From: Lama guanicoe
Lineage: Eukaryota
Length of the DNA stretch: 64,000 nucleotides
Assembly (NCBI GenBank): GCA_013239625.1
Contig: MU054220.1
Coordinates: forward strand, 2,727,374 to 2,791,373
Reading direction: 5' to 3'
Shown here: one piece after another, positions 61,743 through 64,000 of the stretch
Layout: every line of letters begins with the position of its first letter
How positions within the stretch are numbered: position 1 is the stretch's first letter
Position numbers and translations under genes: made by a program
The notes under the pieces: generated by a model
Seen by the model: only the letters and a program-made list of their open reading frames with translations
Database searches by the model: none
Told to the model about the DNA's origin: nothing

Positions 61743-64000
61743 ATCTAAACCCTTTTTAGAGAGAGAGCGGTCTTCATTCTTAATTTCCTCACCTATTTTT
61801 GGAAATGGATTTTGCAGTTCCCAAATATTAGTCTAGTTTCCAACATGTTGCTTAAATCCCTCCTGCTTAGGTCTTCATACTCTGTGCAAAATAGCCTTGT
61901 GCAGGAGAGACTATTCAAAGTGGGAGGTTCATGAGTAACTATCCATCACTCACTCTGCCGGCCCCTGTCTTGCCTTACAGAAGACTAGGAAACCCATGCT
62001 TGGATTTACATTGTGTCCTTTCCAGACTAGGTAGTACAAATTCCTTTAGCTTTTCCTCTGTTTATTTTCTAATCTTTTTTCTTATTATTTTTGCCATTTC
62101 TTCAGATCCACGTATCAAAGTGTGAGACCTTAGCCTAGATATACTGTCATAAAAACTAATAGAACATGGTTTGGTTCTGTAATAGAAAAATTACACTCAT
62201 ATATGCATATAATAAACTTCTAGTTCTTTATGTCATTTTCTCATTTGTTTCTCTCATTACAGCATTTGTGCCTCTTTAAAGAAGATATTGTTAACATATA
62301 ATTACCTGTTTCAGTGGAACCCCCCACAACACACACAGAGGTTTTCCACTTCCACTTAGTGTGATGCCTGCATTTTTTATTCTTGTGGTGGTTTTTTCCT
62401 TCCAAAGCAGATTATTCTGCCTCTCCTCAGGAATCCCTAAAATGTGAGCTCGAAGAAGGTAAAGGTCTGTCTTTTGACTAATTTCTGTGGCACCTTCTGT
62501 GATGCACAGCACAGCATCCTGTTCACAGATTCATTATACTAGTGGAGGTGGTGGTATATACCAGTTAATAGTTAAAAATTTGGTGAAGGTATTTAAAAAT
62601 CTGTCTAATGGTCCCTTCCATGTATTTGAAATACTTAGATTAGGGTGTAATATTTTTCAGTTATAACTATTGTGGGTTTAGCATATCAGCATTCAAAACA
62701 AGATACTTTTGAATTTGGAGTCAGTGCATTTGGTGCACAGTTCCCAAGACATAACTTAAGACATAGGAAACTAGGAGTCATGTTCCTGTTTGAGAAATTT
62801 CGTAGCTTCTGGAGGTGAAAAGGACCAAAGAGGATAATATTTTATATTCTAGATCACCAGGTCTTGTTAGACTCAAGAAGAGCAGAAGAAGTGAAAGTGG
62901 GAGCCAGTTGTGCCAGGAGCCTGCTTTACTGAACAGCAGTAAGACCCGTGCCCAGTGAGTGCCCTCACCTACTGCACGTGTACAAAGTGCTCCCTGCGCT
63001 GCTGCATGAAGACCTATCCAGCAGTGTGAGAGCCGGCTCTCCTGTTCCTTGGTGGCAGTTCTAATGAAAAATTGGTTTGCTGCAGGATATCAGCAGCCAC
63101 TTCAGGGAATTCTAGTGCTGTCCCCAAGCATGTCACAGGATCTTACTCTACAGATGCAATATGTGTGAATGAAATGCCATGTCTGAGAATGTCAACAGGG
63201 AACAAAAGAAGACACTGGGAAATGACACCACTGATGCCACAAAATAGGGACCAGATCCAAGAAAAAATAATCATACTTCCAGTCAGAGTATTTTGGAACG
63301 GCAGAATTGCCTGTTTACTGGCAGTAAATAACCAGGGTAAATAAATTGGAGTGGTAGAAGACTTGCTTTCACTAGAGTTTCTTTGCTTGTCAGAATTGGC
63401 CTAAGTTCCTATCATTCAGGTCAAGCAGTCTTTTCAAAATGATGGCCCCAAAAAAGAGAGTTAAAATGTAGAGAATAGTGATACACCCCTGAAGGAAAAG
63501 GATTTGAGATGCAATGACATGATGGGTAAGATGATTAGGAGCCCTGAAAGTCAAGCACGCTGGTTTTCCTGCTTTTTATGGTTATGTGATCCTTTGCTAC
63601 CTAGGAAATGTAACTCATATTTCAGTGTTGTGCGAGCATTTCTAGGGCAGAGCTGCTATTGAACTCTCAAGTTGAAATATAAAAATCAAAAACAAAGGAG
63701 CCAGTCAAATCCAAACAGACTGATGGGACTCAATTTCATTGCTAAGATTGGAATGGAGTCTCACTCCTAAGTTGATACAAAAGTAAAGTGTTCAGGTCTT
63801 GAAAATTTTTGTTTCAAGTGGGTAGAGTGCAGTTTATAGCATCAGTAAGAACATGATACTGCATAATACCTACCAACTCCAGAACTTATTCAGGAATATG
63901 GCAGAATGTCCTTAAATTCCTCTGGTGCCTACTTCAAACAGACTTTGCCCGGAATCAGCCATATCCAAGTGCTGTGTGGACCTGCCTGGTTCATCCCTAC

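Larger units (their letters stand above)
12680..64000 (+). other. PHF21A: Long PHF21A intron (>51 kb, runs beyond the window)
   Basis: GT donor at 12680; the expected next exon (KRVVEQLRKNLIVKQE) was not found by eye. Confidence 0.85.

Noticed and set aside
1..64000. CRISPR arrays, prokaryotic operons, rRNA, CpG-island promoter
   Set aside because: None seen; this is CpG-depleted mammalian intronic DNA and the main PHF21A promoter should lie upstream of the window

Overview
AT-rich, repeat-rich mammalian genomic DNA, most likely from a camelid (it carries one tRNA-derived vic-1-type SINE and cetartiodactyl-type L1 3' ends). The window holds the 5' part of PHF21A (BHC80) on the + strand. That part comprises a probable non-coding exon (417-528) and three phase-0 coding exons (5585-5638, 10426-10458, 12614-12679) encoding [51 protein letters not shown]. 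The rest is more than 51 kb of one long intron; I did not find the next exon (KRVVEQLRK...) in the window. None of the supplied ORFs looks like a real gene. Most interesting observations: a 5'UTR exon built from two transposons and carrying uORFs; an in-frame +7 aa alternative acceptor; a candidate recursive-splicing site with a stop-containing RS-exon; a TSD-flanked L1/mRNA chimeric retrocopy; a TSD-flanked L1 3'-transduction-like insertion; a diverged ~130 bp local duplication; and paired CTCF-like motifs. Repeat family names come from recalled consensus similarity, and their boundaries are approximate unless TIRs or TSDs are given.
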